From the NCBI GenBank assembly GCA_038998335.1, contig JAVZHQ010000001.1, positions 32,001-96,000 on the forward strand: DNA of 64,000 nucleotides, in the 5' to 3' direction. Shown here piece by piece: positions 29,188-38,881 of this stretch. This DNA is from Candidatus Aenigmatarchaeota archaeon (GTDB taxonomy: Archaea > Aenigmatarchaeota > Aenigmatarchaeia > CG10238-14 > SCSR01). Numbering within the stretch: the first letter of the stretch is position 1; every line of letters starts with the position of its first letter. Below the pieces are notes generated by a model that ran no database searches, had not been told where the DNA came from, and saw nothing but the letters and a program-made list of their open reading frames with translations. Made by a program: the position numbers and the translations under genes.

Positions 29188-29964
29188 TTGATAAGCTTGA
29201 GAAAAATAGGAGTAATTTCTGGCAAAGGTGGAGTAGGTAAAACTACCTTAGTTGCTAATCTTGGTTTAGCTTTAAGAGAGTTTAACAGAAATGTTGCTAT
29301 AATTGACTGCAACCTAACAACTGCCCACCTAGGCTTTCACTTTGGTCTTTTCTACTTCCCTAAAACAATAAACAATGTTTTAAAGGGGGAAGCAAAGATA
29401 GAAGATGCTATATGTTATCATCCTTCTGGTCTTAAAATTATTCCAGCTTCTTTATCCTTAGATGATATAGTTGAAGTAAACATAAGCACTTTGAAGTATT
29501 TTTTAAGCGAGCTAAAGGATGTTGAAATTTTACTTTTAGATTCTGCTCCAGGTTTTGGAAGGGAAGCTGTTAGCGTTCTAAACGCAAGCGATGAAGTAAT
29601 TTTTATAACTAATCCAAACATAAGTGCAGTCTCAGATATAGAAAGAGCTTATACAATAGTTAAGGAGCTTGACCTAATTCCCTTAGGAATAGTTTTAAAC
29701 ATGGTTAAAAATGAGCCTTATGAGCTTTCAAGCAAAGATGTGGAAGAGCTTACAGGAATTCCTGTGATAGCGACAATTCCTTACGATAAAAATATAGAGA
29801 AAAGCCTTATGTTAGGAAAACCTATAGTTGGAATAAGCAAATATTCTCCCTCAGCGATAGCTTTTAGAAAGTTGGCTGCAGAAATTTTAGGCGAAAGGTA
29901 CTCCTTACCAAAAGCAAGAATTTTTTCGAGAATTTACGAATACTTTAAGCTATACTTTTCGTGA
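29188..29964 (+). CDS. minD: MinD/ParA-family ATPase (start may be TTG at 29197)
   Basis: Deviant Walker A SGKGGVGKTT, DCNL, DSAPG, LNMV, IPYD. Confidence 0.85.
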   Translation: MISLRKIGVISGKGGVGKTTLVANLGLALREFNRNVAIIDCNLTTAHLGFHFGLFYFPKTINNVLKGEAKIEDAICYHPSGLKIIPASLSLDDIVEVNISTLKYFLSELKDVEILLLDSAPGFGREAVSVLNASDEVIFITNPNISAVSDIERAYTIVKELDLIPLGIVLNMVKNEPYELSSKDVEELTGIPVIATIPYDKNIEKSLMLGKPIVGISKYSPSAIAFRKLAAEILGERYSLPKARIFSRIYEYFKLYFS

Positions 29965-30002
29965 AAAGCTTTTTGAATATTAACTTCAATAATTTAAGAA
30001 TT

Positions 30003-30314
30003 ATGGAGCTTGAAATCTTGGAGGAAAGGGAAAACCCATTCTTTGAGAGGAAAGAGTTAAAGGTAAGAATAATTCATGAAAAAGCACCTACCCCTTCTAA
30101 ACAAGAATTGAAAAAAGAGCTAGCTTCAAAATATTCTGTTCCAGAAGAGCATGTTGTGTTAGACTATATTCTAAGCAAAAAAGGTTTGAACGAAGCAATA
30201 GCAAAAGCAAAAATTTATAAAGAAGCACCAAAAATTAAAGAAAAGATAAGCGAGAAGAAGGAAGTTAAAGAAGAGAAAAAAGAGGAAGTGAAAAATGAAG
30301 CACAAGCCAGTTAA
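30003..30314 (+). CDS. rps24e: 30S ribosomal protein S24e
   Basis: [17 protein letters not shown]; real start is ATG 30003. Confidence 0.88.
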   Translation: MELEILEERENPFFERKELKVRIIHEKAPTPSKQELKKELASKYSVPEEHVVLDYILSKKGLNEAIAKAKIYKEAPKIKEKISEKKEVKEEKKEEVKNEAQAS

Positions 30315-30465
30315 GCAAAGTGAGTATTATAAAATAGAAGGAAATAAAGTAACAAGGTTGAGAAGAACTTGTCCAAGATGTGGAGATTCTTGGTTAGCTT
30401 ACCATGATAATAGATATTACTGTGGAAAATGCGGCTACACAGAGCTAAAGTTAAACAAGACTTAA
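30295..30465 (+). CDS. rps27ae: 30S ribosomal protein S27ae (56 aa, not in ORF track)
   Basis: [36 protein letters not shown], following rps24e. Confidence 0.92.
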   Translation: MKHKPVKQSEYYKIEGNKVTRLRRTCPRCGDSWLAYHDNRYYCGKCGYTELKLNKT

Positions 30466-31128
30466 AGCTTCGGATATTCTTGCAAATTCTGGCCCACTTG
30501 TTAATTCTCCTATTACTGCTCCATTACTATTAGCAAACCCGCAAGCTCCTATAAAAGGTGAACCAAAGTTTGCTGTTCCTACATCAACGCTCACCTTCAA
30601 AACATCTTCTACAGTCTTAATTTCCTCTTCTTTAGCATCTCTGTGAATTACACAACCTTTGTTTGTAGCTATTCCACAAGCCCCAAGAGTTTTAATCTCG
30701 CCTATGCTTAAGTATTCACATTCCACGCCTAGCAAATCCTCGATTTTTTCCTTTTCTTTTCTTGAAAAAAGTTTGCTTATTATTGCACCTTTATCGTTAC
30801 ACAGTATTAAATTTCCCAAGGCTGTAAACTTTGTTTTAACAATTCCCAAATTAACGCTAAAATCTTTTTCTAATTGCTTTAAAAAATCGAACTCTTTTTC
30901 TGTTACAATTTTTGGTACAACTATACCATTAGAATTAAAGGAACAAAATATTCCAACCAAATCAGTTCTTGATAGAGTAACAGGGTAAACCTTTACTTTA
31001 AGAAATTCTTCAATTTTTTTCCTGAGGTTTAAGGGAATAAAGCTGCCTAACAAACAAAACTTATCACAAGCTTTTCCGTATATTCCTAAGTTATAATCTC
31101 CAAAAAAGTTTGTTTGAAGAATTTTCAT
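30451..31128 (-). CDS. eif6: Translation initiation factor 6 (aIF6)
   Basis: [37 protein letters not shown]. Confidence 0.92.
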   Translation of the reverse strand: MKILQTNFFGDYNLGIYGKACDKFCLLGSFIPLNLRKKIEEFLKVKVYPVTLSRTDLVGIFCSFNSNGIVVPKIVTEKEFDFLKQLEKDFSVNLGIVKTKFTALGNLILCNDKGAIISKLFSRKEKEKIEDLLGVECEYLSIGEIKTLGACGIATNKGCVIHRDAKEEEIKTVEDVLKVSVDVGTANFGSPFIGACGFANSNGAVIGELTSGPEFARISEALSLV

Positions 31129-31374
31129 TTAGCTCATCATTTCAACTTTTGAAGTTTTTTCATCAATTTTTACTATCTTAAGTCTAAACTTTGTTAGAGG
31201 TTTTGATCTTGAAAAAATTTTCTTGCTTATAGAGTTATCTAACTTTATTCTTTCAGTTTTACTTACTCTTTTAACCTTTTCTTTCAAGATTCTCATAGCT
31301 GCCTTTTTCCTTTTCCATACAGGAGCTTTCAAAAGCTCTTTCCTTATGTTTATCGTTACTATTTTCTCTTCCAT
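31129..31374 (-). CDS. rpl31e: 50S ribosomal protein L31e
   Basis: EKIVTINIR..APVWKRKKAAMR; lies between rpl39e and eif6. Confidence 0.85.
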   Translation of the reverse strand: MEEKIVTINIRKELLKAPVWKRKKAAMRILKEKVKRVSKTERIKLDNSISKKIFSRSKPLTKFRLKIVKIDEKTSKVEMMS

Positions 31375-31376
31375 TT

Positions 31377-31544
31377 TCAAACCTTTAGTCTGGCCCTTCT
31401 CCATCTCTTAATTTTATCTACATCTATCCTTCTTGTTCTTGCTCTTTTAAGTCCAAACTTTCTTATATCTGCCCATCTTGGTGCTGTTTTTATCTTCCTT
31501 ATTTTTCCTAACTTTACTTTCTTTGCTAAACTTTTTATCCCCAT
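31377..31544 (-). CDS. rpl39e: 50S ribosomal protein L39e (55 aa, not in ORF track)
   Basis: MGIKSLAKKVKLGK...APRWA...KRWRRARLKV; synteny with rpl31e and eif6. Confidence 0.85.
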   Translation of the reverse strand: MGIKSLAKKVKLGKIRKIKTAPRWADIRKFGLKRARTRRIDVDKIKRWRRARLKV

Positions 31545-32303
31545 TTACACCAACTTCCTTATTTCTTTACTTTTTTCTCTAGCTATATCAATCATTTTTA
31601 ATATATCATCAAACTCTAATTCTTTAAGCTGCTTTTGCATCGAGCATATTTTATCATCATCTCTTACAGAGATGCTAAGTTTTGAATCCAGAATTTTTTC
31701 TTCTTCTATTGTTGGGTCTAAAAGAAAGTTTTTACCTACTTTACAAACCGTTATGTTTATCGGCTTAAAAACTACTGGCAAACTTTTCTCAAATTCTCCC
31801 CTTATTATTTTCTCCCCTTCTATTTTTGGAATTCTTGTGTTATGTAAAGCAGCTACTGCTGCCAGAGCAGAAGCATCTAAAAGATTTCCTTTATCATTTA
31901 TTATATGAATATCAATGTACACACACCAAACTTTTTCTCCTGGAGTGATGCAAAGCTTGTCTAATTCTATGCACTTAGATTCTCTTATTCCTCTATCAAC
32001 AACTCTTGCTAATTCTATAGCATCTTCTCCAGGAGGACCAACATCAAACTCAGGCGAAGCCAAAGGAGTAAATTCAGCGTTTACAACTAAAGTGCCTTCT
32101 TCTGGTGTATCAGGGAAAGGTGTACCAAAATCCATTTTAACTCCAGCTATAACTTCTGTTTCCCCAAGTCTTACTCTTGCAGAACCTTCTGCCTTCTTAA
32201 TCATTCCCTTTTCAACTTCTATTTTCCTGAATTCATCAAACCTCCTTCCATCAATTCTCTTCCCTTTTTCTATAAGTTCTAGAGCATACTTTTCTTCCAT
32301 CAT
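31545..32303 (-). CDS. rrp42: Exosome complex subunit Rrp42
   Basis: GKRIDGR, AEGSARVRLG, PFPDTP, ELARVVDRGIRES. Confidence 0.95.
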   Translation of the reverse strand: MMEEKYALELIEKGKRIDGRRFDEFRKIEVEKGMIKKAEGSARVRLGETEVIAGVKMDFGTPFPDTPEEGTLVVNAEFTPLASPEFDVGPPGEDAIELARVVDRGIRESKCIELDKLCITPGEKVWCVYIDIHIINDKGNLLDASALAAVAALHNTRIPKIEGEKIIRGEFEKSLPVVFKPINITVCKVGKNFLLDPTIEEEKILDSKLSISVRDDDKICSMQKQLKELEFDDILKMIDIAREKSKEIRKLV

Positions 32304-33013
32304 TCTACTCTCCTGTACTTTTCTTTCAAAACATTTCTTTGCATCTCATAAATTTTCTTGCAAGCGTTTCTTGCAAGTTCTAAGAGCTTTTCTATTTCCT
32401 CTCTAGTTAAATTTCCATCCATTTGCAACAAAGTAACTTTGTTCTTAGAAGGCATCATAGCAAAGGCTAAATCTGCTTCAGAATTTTTGTCTTCTTCACC
32501 ATTTAAATCCAATATCAACGTTCCGTCAATCTTTCCTACAGAGCATGCTGCAATTAAATCTTTCATCGGAACTCCAGCACTTGCTAGAGCTAAAGAAGCA
32601 GCGTTAATTGCAGTTACTCTTGTTGAGCCATCTGCCTGAATTATTTCAACAAAAACATCTATAGTGGCTCTAGGAAAATCTTCAAGGAAAATAACAGGCT
32701 CTAAAGCAAGCCTTATAACTTTTGTTAGCTCTATACTTCTTCTATCAGGACCAGGGGATTTTCTTTCATCCACAGAAAAAGGTGCCATGTTGTATCTACA
32801 TCTAACTACACAAGTTTCTTGTTCTTGCAAATGTTTAGGAAAAAGAGCTCTTGGCCCATAAACAGAGGCTATCGCTACAGTATCGCCAAACCTTACTAAA
32901 GCAGATCCATCTGCTCTACTCACCACTCCGACTTTCATTTCTATTGGTCTAAGTTCTTCTGGTAATCTTCCATCAATTCTTCTTCCATTTTTAAGCAACT
33001 CTTTCTTTTCCAT
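32300..33013 (-). CDS. rrp41: Exosome complex exonuclease Rrp41
   Basis: RIDGR, ADGSA, YNMAPFS, DRRSIE, ADGSTR, EEDKNSEAD. Confidence 0.95.
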   Translation of the reverse strand: MEKKELLKNGRRIDGRLPEELRPIEMKVGVVSRADGSALVRFGDTVAIASVYGPRALFPKHLQEQETCVVRCRYNMAPFSVDERKSPGPDRRSIELTKVIRLALEPVIFLEDFPRATIDVFVEIIQADGSTRVTAINAASLALASAGVPMKDLIAACSVGKIDGTLILDLNGEEDKNSEADLAFAMMPSKNKVTLLQMDGNLTREEIEKLLELARNACKKIYEMQRNVLKEKYRRVE

Positions 33014-33014
33014 G

Positions 33015-33683
33015 CTATTCGCCTAACATTTTTTCTATTTTTTCTGTAAGTCCTATTATGTGAGATTCTTTTTCTATCTTTAAAATCGCTTCTATTGCTT
33101 TATCTTTTCTCTCACCTCTTAACCATATAACACCGTTTTGACCTACTATTACTTCACAACCAGTTTTCTTTTTAATCAAGTTTATCATGCTTCCTCCCTT
33201 TCCTATTATTCTTGGAACTTTTGTTGGAGTAACTTTTATTATTACTCCTTCTTTTAACTTTTTACAACCAACGTCTCTCATAGAAACTTGTACTATTTTA
33301 TTCTTTGGAACTTTCAATATCTTGCAGTAGATTATATCATTTATATCATAATACTTGCTCAAGTCAGTTTTTGAAATGTCTACAAATTCTTCTACACCTT
33401 CGCCTAAGGGCAAGAAAGCAGCGTAAGGAGAATTTATGTCGACACCCCAGCCAGAGATTTCAACCTCTGATACAATCCCAACAACTTTTTGACCAACCTT
33501 TGGAATGTAAGCTCCTGCTAAAGGAATAACAGATATCTCATTTTCTTCTATTTTTGGTATTCCCAAAACTTTTGAATAAACTTTTTCTCCTTCTAAATAA
33601 ACACCTCTTCCTAATTTTTTTCCTTCCCTTTCAGCAATAAATTCTCCCGGCAAAACAATTTCCATAAAGTTTTTCTCGTTCAT
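33015..33683 (-). CDS. rrp4: Exosome complex RNA-binding protein Rrp4
   Basis: VLPGE, YIPKVG, S1 + KH domains (VPRIIGKGGSMI, GQNG). Confidence 0.95.
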   Translation of the reverse strand: MNEKNFMEIVLPGEFIAEREGKKLGRGVYLEGEKVYSKVLGIPKIEENEISVIPLAGAYIPKVGQKVVGIVSEVEISGWGVDINSPYAAFLPLGEGVEEFVDISKTDLSKYYDINDIIYCKILKVPKNKIVQVSMRDVGCKKLKEGVIIKVTPTKVPRIIGKGGSMINLIKKKTGCEVIVGQNGVIWLRGERKDKAIEAILKIEKESHIIGLTEKIEKMLGE

Positions 33684-34390
33684 ATATCTTCCCTCTTTAT
33701 TATCTTTGATTCAAAGTTTCCGTGCGTTAAAGAAGAAACTTTCTGAAATATTTCATCTTGTAAACCAGCTAAAACTTCAAAACTTATTTCTAGACTACCA
33801 TCGTTTAACCACTTTTCACTTTTCACTTCTGCACTCTTCTTAATTATAGAAAAAACTTTTGAAGCATACTGAGGCGGAATTTTAAACTGTAAAGTAACTT
33901 TTTGAAACTTTATAGGCAAAATAGTTTTTATTTCTTTTAAAACTTTATCAACTTGCAACTCAGCATCAACAAAAGGGTCAACATTTACTCCAACTTGCTC
34001 CATAGCATTCAAAATTCTTTGAGGAGGATGAGGAGTGTTAGTTTGTGGGTTAATTCCTTTTCTTGAAATTATGTTTGCTATTTGAACTTTTTTCTGTTCA
34101 ACCATTTGTCTTCTTTGCTCAGTTGTTAATTGAAGTTCGCCTTCTTTTATTATTCTTTCCGCTACTTTAAAAATATCAGTAGTACCAAAAAACTTTTGAA
34201 GCTCACTTTCAGGCACACATTCTGTGCTTCTTACGTCACGATAAATTGCAGGGTAAGCTAAAATTTCATCCATGCTTATCTTTACCCCTTTCTTAAATTC
34301 CAAAGCCTTAAAAGGGTCTACCAAAATCTCAAATTTTCTTCCTGAAATAAATAGCCTTGAGACTACAGCTTTATCTATACTCACGCTCAA
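33680..34390 (-). CDS. sdo1: Ribosome maturation factor SBDS/Sdo1
   Basis: FEILVDP, GELQLTTEQRR, NPQTNTPHPPQRI. Confidence 0.93.
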   Translation of the reverse strand: MSVSIDKAVVSRLFISGRKFEILVDPFKALEFKKGVKISMDEILAYPAIYRDVRSTECVPESELQKFFGTTDIFKVAERIIKEGELQLTTEQRRQMVEQKKVQIANIISRKGINPQTNTPHPPQRILNAMEQVGVNVDPFVDAELQVDKVLKEIKTILPIKFQKVTLQFKIPPQYASKVFSIIKKSAEVKSEKWLNDGSLEISFEVLAGLQDEIFQKVSSLTHGNFESKIIKREDI

Positions 34391-34394
34391 AGAA

Positions 34395-35102
34395 TCACTT
34401 TAAAATCTTCTTTATTTCTTCTTCGCTTAACTTTTTAAATCTTTCCCCTTTCTTTATTATTGCTATGTCTATTGCATTTTCCTTTTTCTCTTTTTCTGTT
34501 TTACTAATTATGTCAATCGTTAAATCTATAGCTTCTTTTTCAGTTAAATCGTGCTTCCATTTCTGCTTTAATATTTTATTGGCTATTACTCCACCCCTTC
34601 CTATAGCATAAGCGTGCCATTCGTAAAGCATTCCAGAAGGGTCTGACTCTATTAAGTGTGTACCAGTTTTATCTACTCCACCTATCAAGAAGGAAACTCC
34701 GAAAGGTCTTAATCCTGCGTATAAGGTTGAGAGTTGCATTCTGTCGCCAATAACTCTTGCTAAACTCCAAATGTCTATTGGTTCATCGTAAGTTATTCTA
34801 TGGATTTGAGCTTTTATCCTTGCTTGATTTGCCAGAATTCTTGCGTCAGCTAACAAACCAGAAGCTACTGCTCCTGCATGCTCGTCTATCTTGAAAATTT
34901 TCTCTATACTTTGAGAAACCATAAGGCTTGCTGTTGGTTTTACTGTTGCCAGTAAAACACCATCCTTAAAAACAATTCCTAAGCAAGTTGTCCCTCTTTT
35001 TACAGCTTCCTTAGCATATTCTACTTGGAAAAGTCTACCATCAGGGGAGAATACAGCTATAGTTCTATCATAGCCCATGTACTCAGGCATTATTTCTACC
35101 AA
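34395..35102 (-). CDS. psmA: Proteasome alpha subunit
   Basis: GYDRTIAVFSPDGRLFQVEYAKEAV, RPFGVS, DPSG. Confidence 0.97.
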   Translation of the reverse strand: MVEIMPEYMGYDRTIAVFSPDGRLFQVEYAKEAVKRGTTCLGIVFKDGVLLATVKPTASLMVSQSIEKIFKIDEHAGAVASGLLADARILANQARIKAQIHRITYDEPIDIWSLARVIGDRMQLSTLYAGLRPFGVSFLIGGVDKTGTHLIESDPSGMLYEWHAYAIGRGGVIANKILKQKWKHDLTEKEAIDLTIDIISKTEKEKKENAIDIAIIKKGERFKKLSEEEIKKILK

Positions 35103-35129
35103 TTTACCAACCTCCTACACAAAATTCCT

Positions 35130-35498
35130 TTAATTTACTTGTATTTTAACTTTTTTTAACTTTAACTTTTTTATAGTTCCAGAAACTTTTAAAATCTTTG
35201 GCACTATTCTTACATCACCTAAACGAGAAATTAAACTTAAACAAACTATAGCTTTTGAGACAGATTTTGTGTTTGTTCTTATAACTCCTGTTTGCTTTTT
35301 TTCATCGTACAAATTCTTGATTAACCATAAGCTTGTTCTTGAAATTCCATACTCTCCAAAAAACTCTAACGCGCATTCCCAAAGGGCATTTTCTAAGTCA
35401 GAATAACTTATTGGTTCTTCTGAAATTATTTGAAAAGCTATGTATCTTTCCTTTTCTCTTAAAGTTGGAGGTAAGATTTTTAACTTTTTAATCTTCAT
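35130..35498 (-). CDS. rnp2: RNase P protein component 2 (Pop5/Rpp14)
   Basis: LPPTLREKERYIAF, VSGTIKK. Confidence 0.9.
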   Translation of the reverse strand: MKIKKLKILPPTLREKERYIAFQIISEEPISYSDLENALWECALEFFGEYGISRTSLWLIKNLYDEKKQTGVIRTNTKSVSKAIVCLSLISRLGDVRIVPKILKVSGTIKKLKLKKVKIQVN

Positions 35499-36211
35499 CC
35501 TATCACTTTTACACCAGGGATTATCCAGTTTTTGCTCTTTCTTTCTCTTATTCTTTTAACAATTTCTTGAGGAATTTTTGATACAGCTTGCTTTGCTTCT
35601 TTCAACTCCAGACCAAGCTCATAGCCAAGAGATACTAGCGAATAAGGGTCTCTCATTTCGAAATGATTTATTGCTCCAGAGCAGATTATTAAAGGAGCTT
35701 TATATTTTTGAGCAAGTTTTATGTTTTGCTGAATATTTTTCAGAACTAAGCATCTTGTCTTCTTTGTAGTAAACATTATTTCTCTAAAATTTACTTCTAT
35801 AGCAGTAAAATTTTTTGCAGCAAGTTTTGCTAAAACATGGTTTAAGCCAGAGTCTTGTCTTCCTAACTCAGGATGAGTTAAAATATCAACTTCTGGAGTT
35901 TCACAAGCTTCCCTGTTTAATTCTAAATCTCCACCTCTCACTAACAAAACATCAAAATCTTTTCTTCTTTTAGCTAAAGTTCTTAATTCCCTTAAGTTTC
36001 TTGCTTCAAACCCCAAAAAAATTTCTATTCCAAATTCTTTTTTCACTCTTTCAATTTCAGTTTTTAAAATTTCCTCTTCCCTTTTCTCTAGAGGGTAAGC
36101 AGTAAAGCAAAACCCAGAGTAGCCAAGTTTTTTTGCCATAGAGGCTAATTCCTCTAGGCTTGATTCCCCTCCGCTGAAAGCCGAATGTACATGAAAATCA
36201 AAAAATTTCAT
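35495..36211 (-). CDS. rnp3: RNase P protein component 3 (Rpp30)
   Basis: PHP-like fold; NREACE, VDILTHP, SGLNHVLAKLA, SGA...MRDP. Confidence 0.9.
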   Translation of the reverse strand: MKFFDFHVHSAFSGGESSLEELASMAKKLGYSGFCFTAYPLEKREEEILKTEIERVKKEFGIEIFLGFEARNLRELRTLAKRRKDFDVLLVRGGDLELNREACETPEVDILTHPELGRQDSGLNHVLAKLAAKNFTAIEVNFREIMFTTKKTRCLVLKNIQQNIKLAQKYKAPLIICSGAINHFEMRDPYSLVSLGYELGLELKEAKQAVSKIPQEIVKRIRERKSKNWIIPGVKVIG

Positions 36212-36281
36212 AATTAGAATTTAATTTAATACTTAAAATTATTCAACATCTTTAAAATTTTTTCCTTCTAAATTCAAGTAT

Positions 36282-36947
36282 ATGCTCGAGCTTTATTTAT
36301 CGAAAGAAGATTTTAAAGTTGGTAGAAGATTGATGGAAGAGGAAAAAATATATCCCATCACTTACGAAAATATGTTCGTCGCAGGAATTTACTGTATACT
36401 TTCAGCAGCAGAAAAACATTCTAAACATGTTCTTGTATACAATAAGCTAGTAAAAACCCTAGATATACCTGAAAAGATTTTAAGCAATAAAGAAAAGTTA
36501 AGGAAAATTGTTTCAGTTGCTAGATTCCCTAACTTAAAAACTGAAAGAATATATAACTTTGCCTCATGGTGGGTTAAAAACTCTTTACCAAAGAGAATAT
36601 TAAAAGACATAAATTCTGGAAGAGAAAAAGAGTTTGAACTAAGAAACGAATTAGCAGAAGAATGTCCTGGTATTTCTTATAAGGGAGCGTCTCTTTTTAT
36701 GGTGAAATGTGGTTATGAAAATGTAGTTCCTATAGATTTGTGGATGCTCAGGTTCTTAAGAAGTTTAGGGTACGAAGTTGAAATACCTGATTACAAGAAA
36801 AAAAGTGGACCCAAACCAAGAGAATACTTAGAGTATGAGAAAATAATTTCAGAAATAACAAGAAAACTTAAAGTTTCTCCTGCATTTTTACAATTTACTG
36901 TTTGGTCAAAATTTTCAAAAATAAAAAATTCAAAAAAATTATCTTAA
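36282..36947 (+). CDS. HhH DNA glycosylase/AP lyase (OGG2/8-oxoguanine glycosylase-like)
   Basis: [21 protein letters not shown] (HhH Lys), PIDLWMLR (catalytic Asp), YLEYE. Confidence 0.7.
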   Translation: MLELYLSKEDFKVGRRLMEEEKIYPITYENMFVAGIYCILSAAEKHSKHVLVYNKLVKTLDIPEKILSNKEKLRKIVSVARFPNLKTERIYNFASWWVKNSLPKRILKDINSGREKEFELRNELAEECPGISYKGASLFMVKCGYENVVPIDLWMLRFLRSLGYEVEIPDYKKKSGPKPREYLEYEKIISEITRKLKVSPAFLQFTVWSKFSKIKNSKKLS

Positions 36948-37460
36948 ACCTCTTGATTTTTTCCCTGCAGAAGTTAAACCTCTAAAAACTCTTTTTCTGT
37001 TTGCTGGTAAACAAATCCAGTTTATTTTTGGGTCAGATTTTATGTTTGGATGGTTAGGGTCAACCAAAATAACTTCAAAGTATTTGTAATTTCCATCTTC
37101 AGCAACATAGTAAGAATTTAAAACCTCTAAGTTTGGAAATTTTCTTTGGGCTTTTTCTTCTGCTATTTGCCTTAAAGATTTCTTTGGAGTGAATTTGACC
37201 AAACCAGCTTTACTTGGTTTTCTTCCTCCTCTTCCGTAAAGCCTCCTTCTTCTCCCCCCTTTCCTTACCCTAACCCTTGCTAAAACGAAACCTTTTTTTG
37301 CTTTATATCCTAAAGTTCTTGCTCTGTCTAAGCGAGTAGGCTTTTCTATTCTTTCAACTGTATGCTGTTTTCTCCATTCAACTAATTTTTCCTTTATACT
37401 TTTCTTTAAACTTCCAGACTTCCAAGCTTCTTTTAAATACTGGTAAAGCCCTTTTACCAT
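36939..37460 (-). CDS. rpl15e: 50S ribosomal protein L15e
   Basis: [33 protein letters not shown]. Confidence 0.96.
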   Translation of the reverse strand: MVKGLYQYLKEAWKSGSLKKSIKEKLVEWRKQHTVERIEKPTRLDRARTLGYKAKKGFVLARVRVRKGGRRRRLYGRGGRKPSKAGLVKFTPKKSLRQIAEEKAQRKFPNLEVLNSYYVAEDGNYKYFEVILVDPNHPNIKSDPKINWICLPANRKRVFRGLTSAGKKSRGLR

Positions 37461-37526
37461 GCTTAAAACCTTATTTACTTAAACATTTAAATATTCTTTT
37501 ATATTAAAATCTTTAAAGGTGATAAG

Positions 37527-37778
37527 TTGCATCCAATCGCGAAAATAATAATTGGTTTGATACTAATAGCAGCAAGCATTTACTACATAATCAACGGAGT
37601 ACCAGGGTACTTTGAACCAGGATGGCCAGCTTTGCTTACAGTATTAAAAGGTGTTATTCCTTTGGGTGTACTATTAATAGGAGTTTTCATAGTTTGGCTA
37701 GAGTGGGACGAGTTAAGGATAGAAAAAGAAATTAAAGCAGAAGAAGAAAAACCAGCAAGAAGAAAAGCTAAAAAGTAA
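37527..37778 (+). CDS. Small two-TM membrane protein
   Basis: Two hydrophobic helices and a charged tail; GGTGA RBS before TTG. Confidence 0.65.
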   Translation: MHPIAKIIIGLILIAASIYYIINGVPGYFEPGWPALLTVLKGVIPLGVLLIGVFIVWLEWDELRIEKEIKAEEEKPARRKAKK

Positions 37779-37822
37779 CTCTTTTTACTCTTTTTATTTT
37801 TAAATTTTATTGAGTGGAGATT

Positions 37823-38845
37823 ATGGGAGTTCAACTTTCTGGTTTATTACCAAGCAGAGAAGTTGAGCTTGAAGATTTGTCAGGCAAAAAAATTGCTATA
37901 GATGCTTTTAATACTCTCTACCAATTTTTATCGATAATAAGAGATAGAATGACGGGCGAACCTTTAAGAGATAGCAAAGGAAGAATCACATCTCATCTTT
38001 CAGGTTTGTTTTACAGGACTTCAAACCTAATAGAGGCAGGAATTAAGCCAGTATTTGTTTTTGATGGTAAGCCTCCAGAATTTAAGAAAAAAACCATAGA
38101 AAAAAGAGAAAAGTCTAAGGAAGAAGCAAGAAAAAAATGGGAAGAAGCTCTGGAAAAAGGAGAGGAAGCGATTACTTATGCTCAAGCAGCAGCAGCTTTA
38201 ACAGAGGAAATGGTCGAAGATTCAAAAAAGCTTTTAGAGTACATGGGGATTCCCTGGGTTCAAGCTTTGAGCGAAGGTGAAGCTCAATGTGCTTACATGT
38301 GTAAAAAAGGTTCGGTGGATTTCACTGCTTCTCAAGACTTTGATAGCTTGCTTTTTGGTTCTCCTCGTTTAGTTCGAAATTTGTCTATAACAGGAAAAAG
38401 AAAATTGCCTAGAAAAGAAGTTTATATCGAGATTAAACCTGAAATAATAGAGCTAAACCAAGCTTTAGAGGCTTTAGGTATAGACCAAAAGCAGCTTATA
38501 ACAATAGGGATTCTTGTTGGTACAGACTATGCAGAAGGAATAAAAGGTGTTGGGCCAAAAACTGCTTTAAAACTAGTAAAAGAACACAAAACCTTAGAAA
38601 AAATTTTAAAAAATGTGGAATGGAAAGCTGAAGTTGATGCAGAAGAAATTCTTAACTTCTTTCTTAAACCTCCTGTAAGTGATAAGTATAAGATTGAGTG
38701 GAAAGAACCAAACAGAGAAAAAATAATAGAGTTTATGGTAGAGGAACACGATTTTTCTAGAGAAAGAGTAGAAAAAGTTGTTGATAAACTAGAGCAAGCT
38801 TTTGCTTCAGGAAGACAAACAAGCTTGAAAGGTTGGTTTAAGTAA
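37823..38845 (+). CDS. fen: Flap endonuclease 1
   Basis: [40 protein letters not shown]-terminal PIP box QTSLKGWF. Confidence 0.96.
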   Translation: MGVQLSGLLPSREVELEDLSGKKIAIDAFNTLYQFLSIIRDRMTGEPLRDSKGRITSHLSGLFYRTSNLIEAGIKPVFVFDGKPPEFKKKTIEKREKSKEEARKKWEEALEKGEEAITYAQAAAALTEEMVEDSKKLLEYMGIPWVQALSEGEAQCAYMCKKGSVDFTASQDFDSLLFGSPRLVRNLSITGKRKLPRKEVYIEIKPEIIELNQALEALGIDQKQLITIGILVGTDYAEGIKGVGPKTALKLVKEHKTLEKILKNVEWKAEVDAEEILNFFLKPPVSDKYKIEWKEPNREKIIEFMVEEHDFSRERVEKVVDKLEQAFASGRQTSLKGWFK

Positions 38846-38881
38846 ATTAATTTATTAATTTATTCACTCATATTTGAAATT

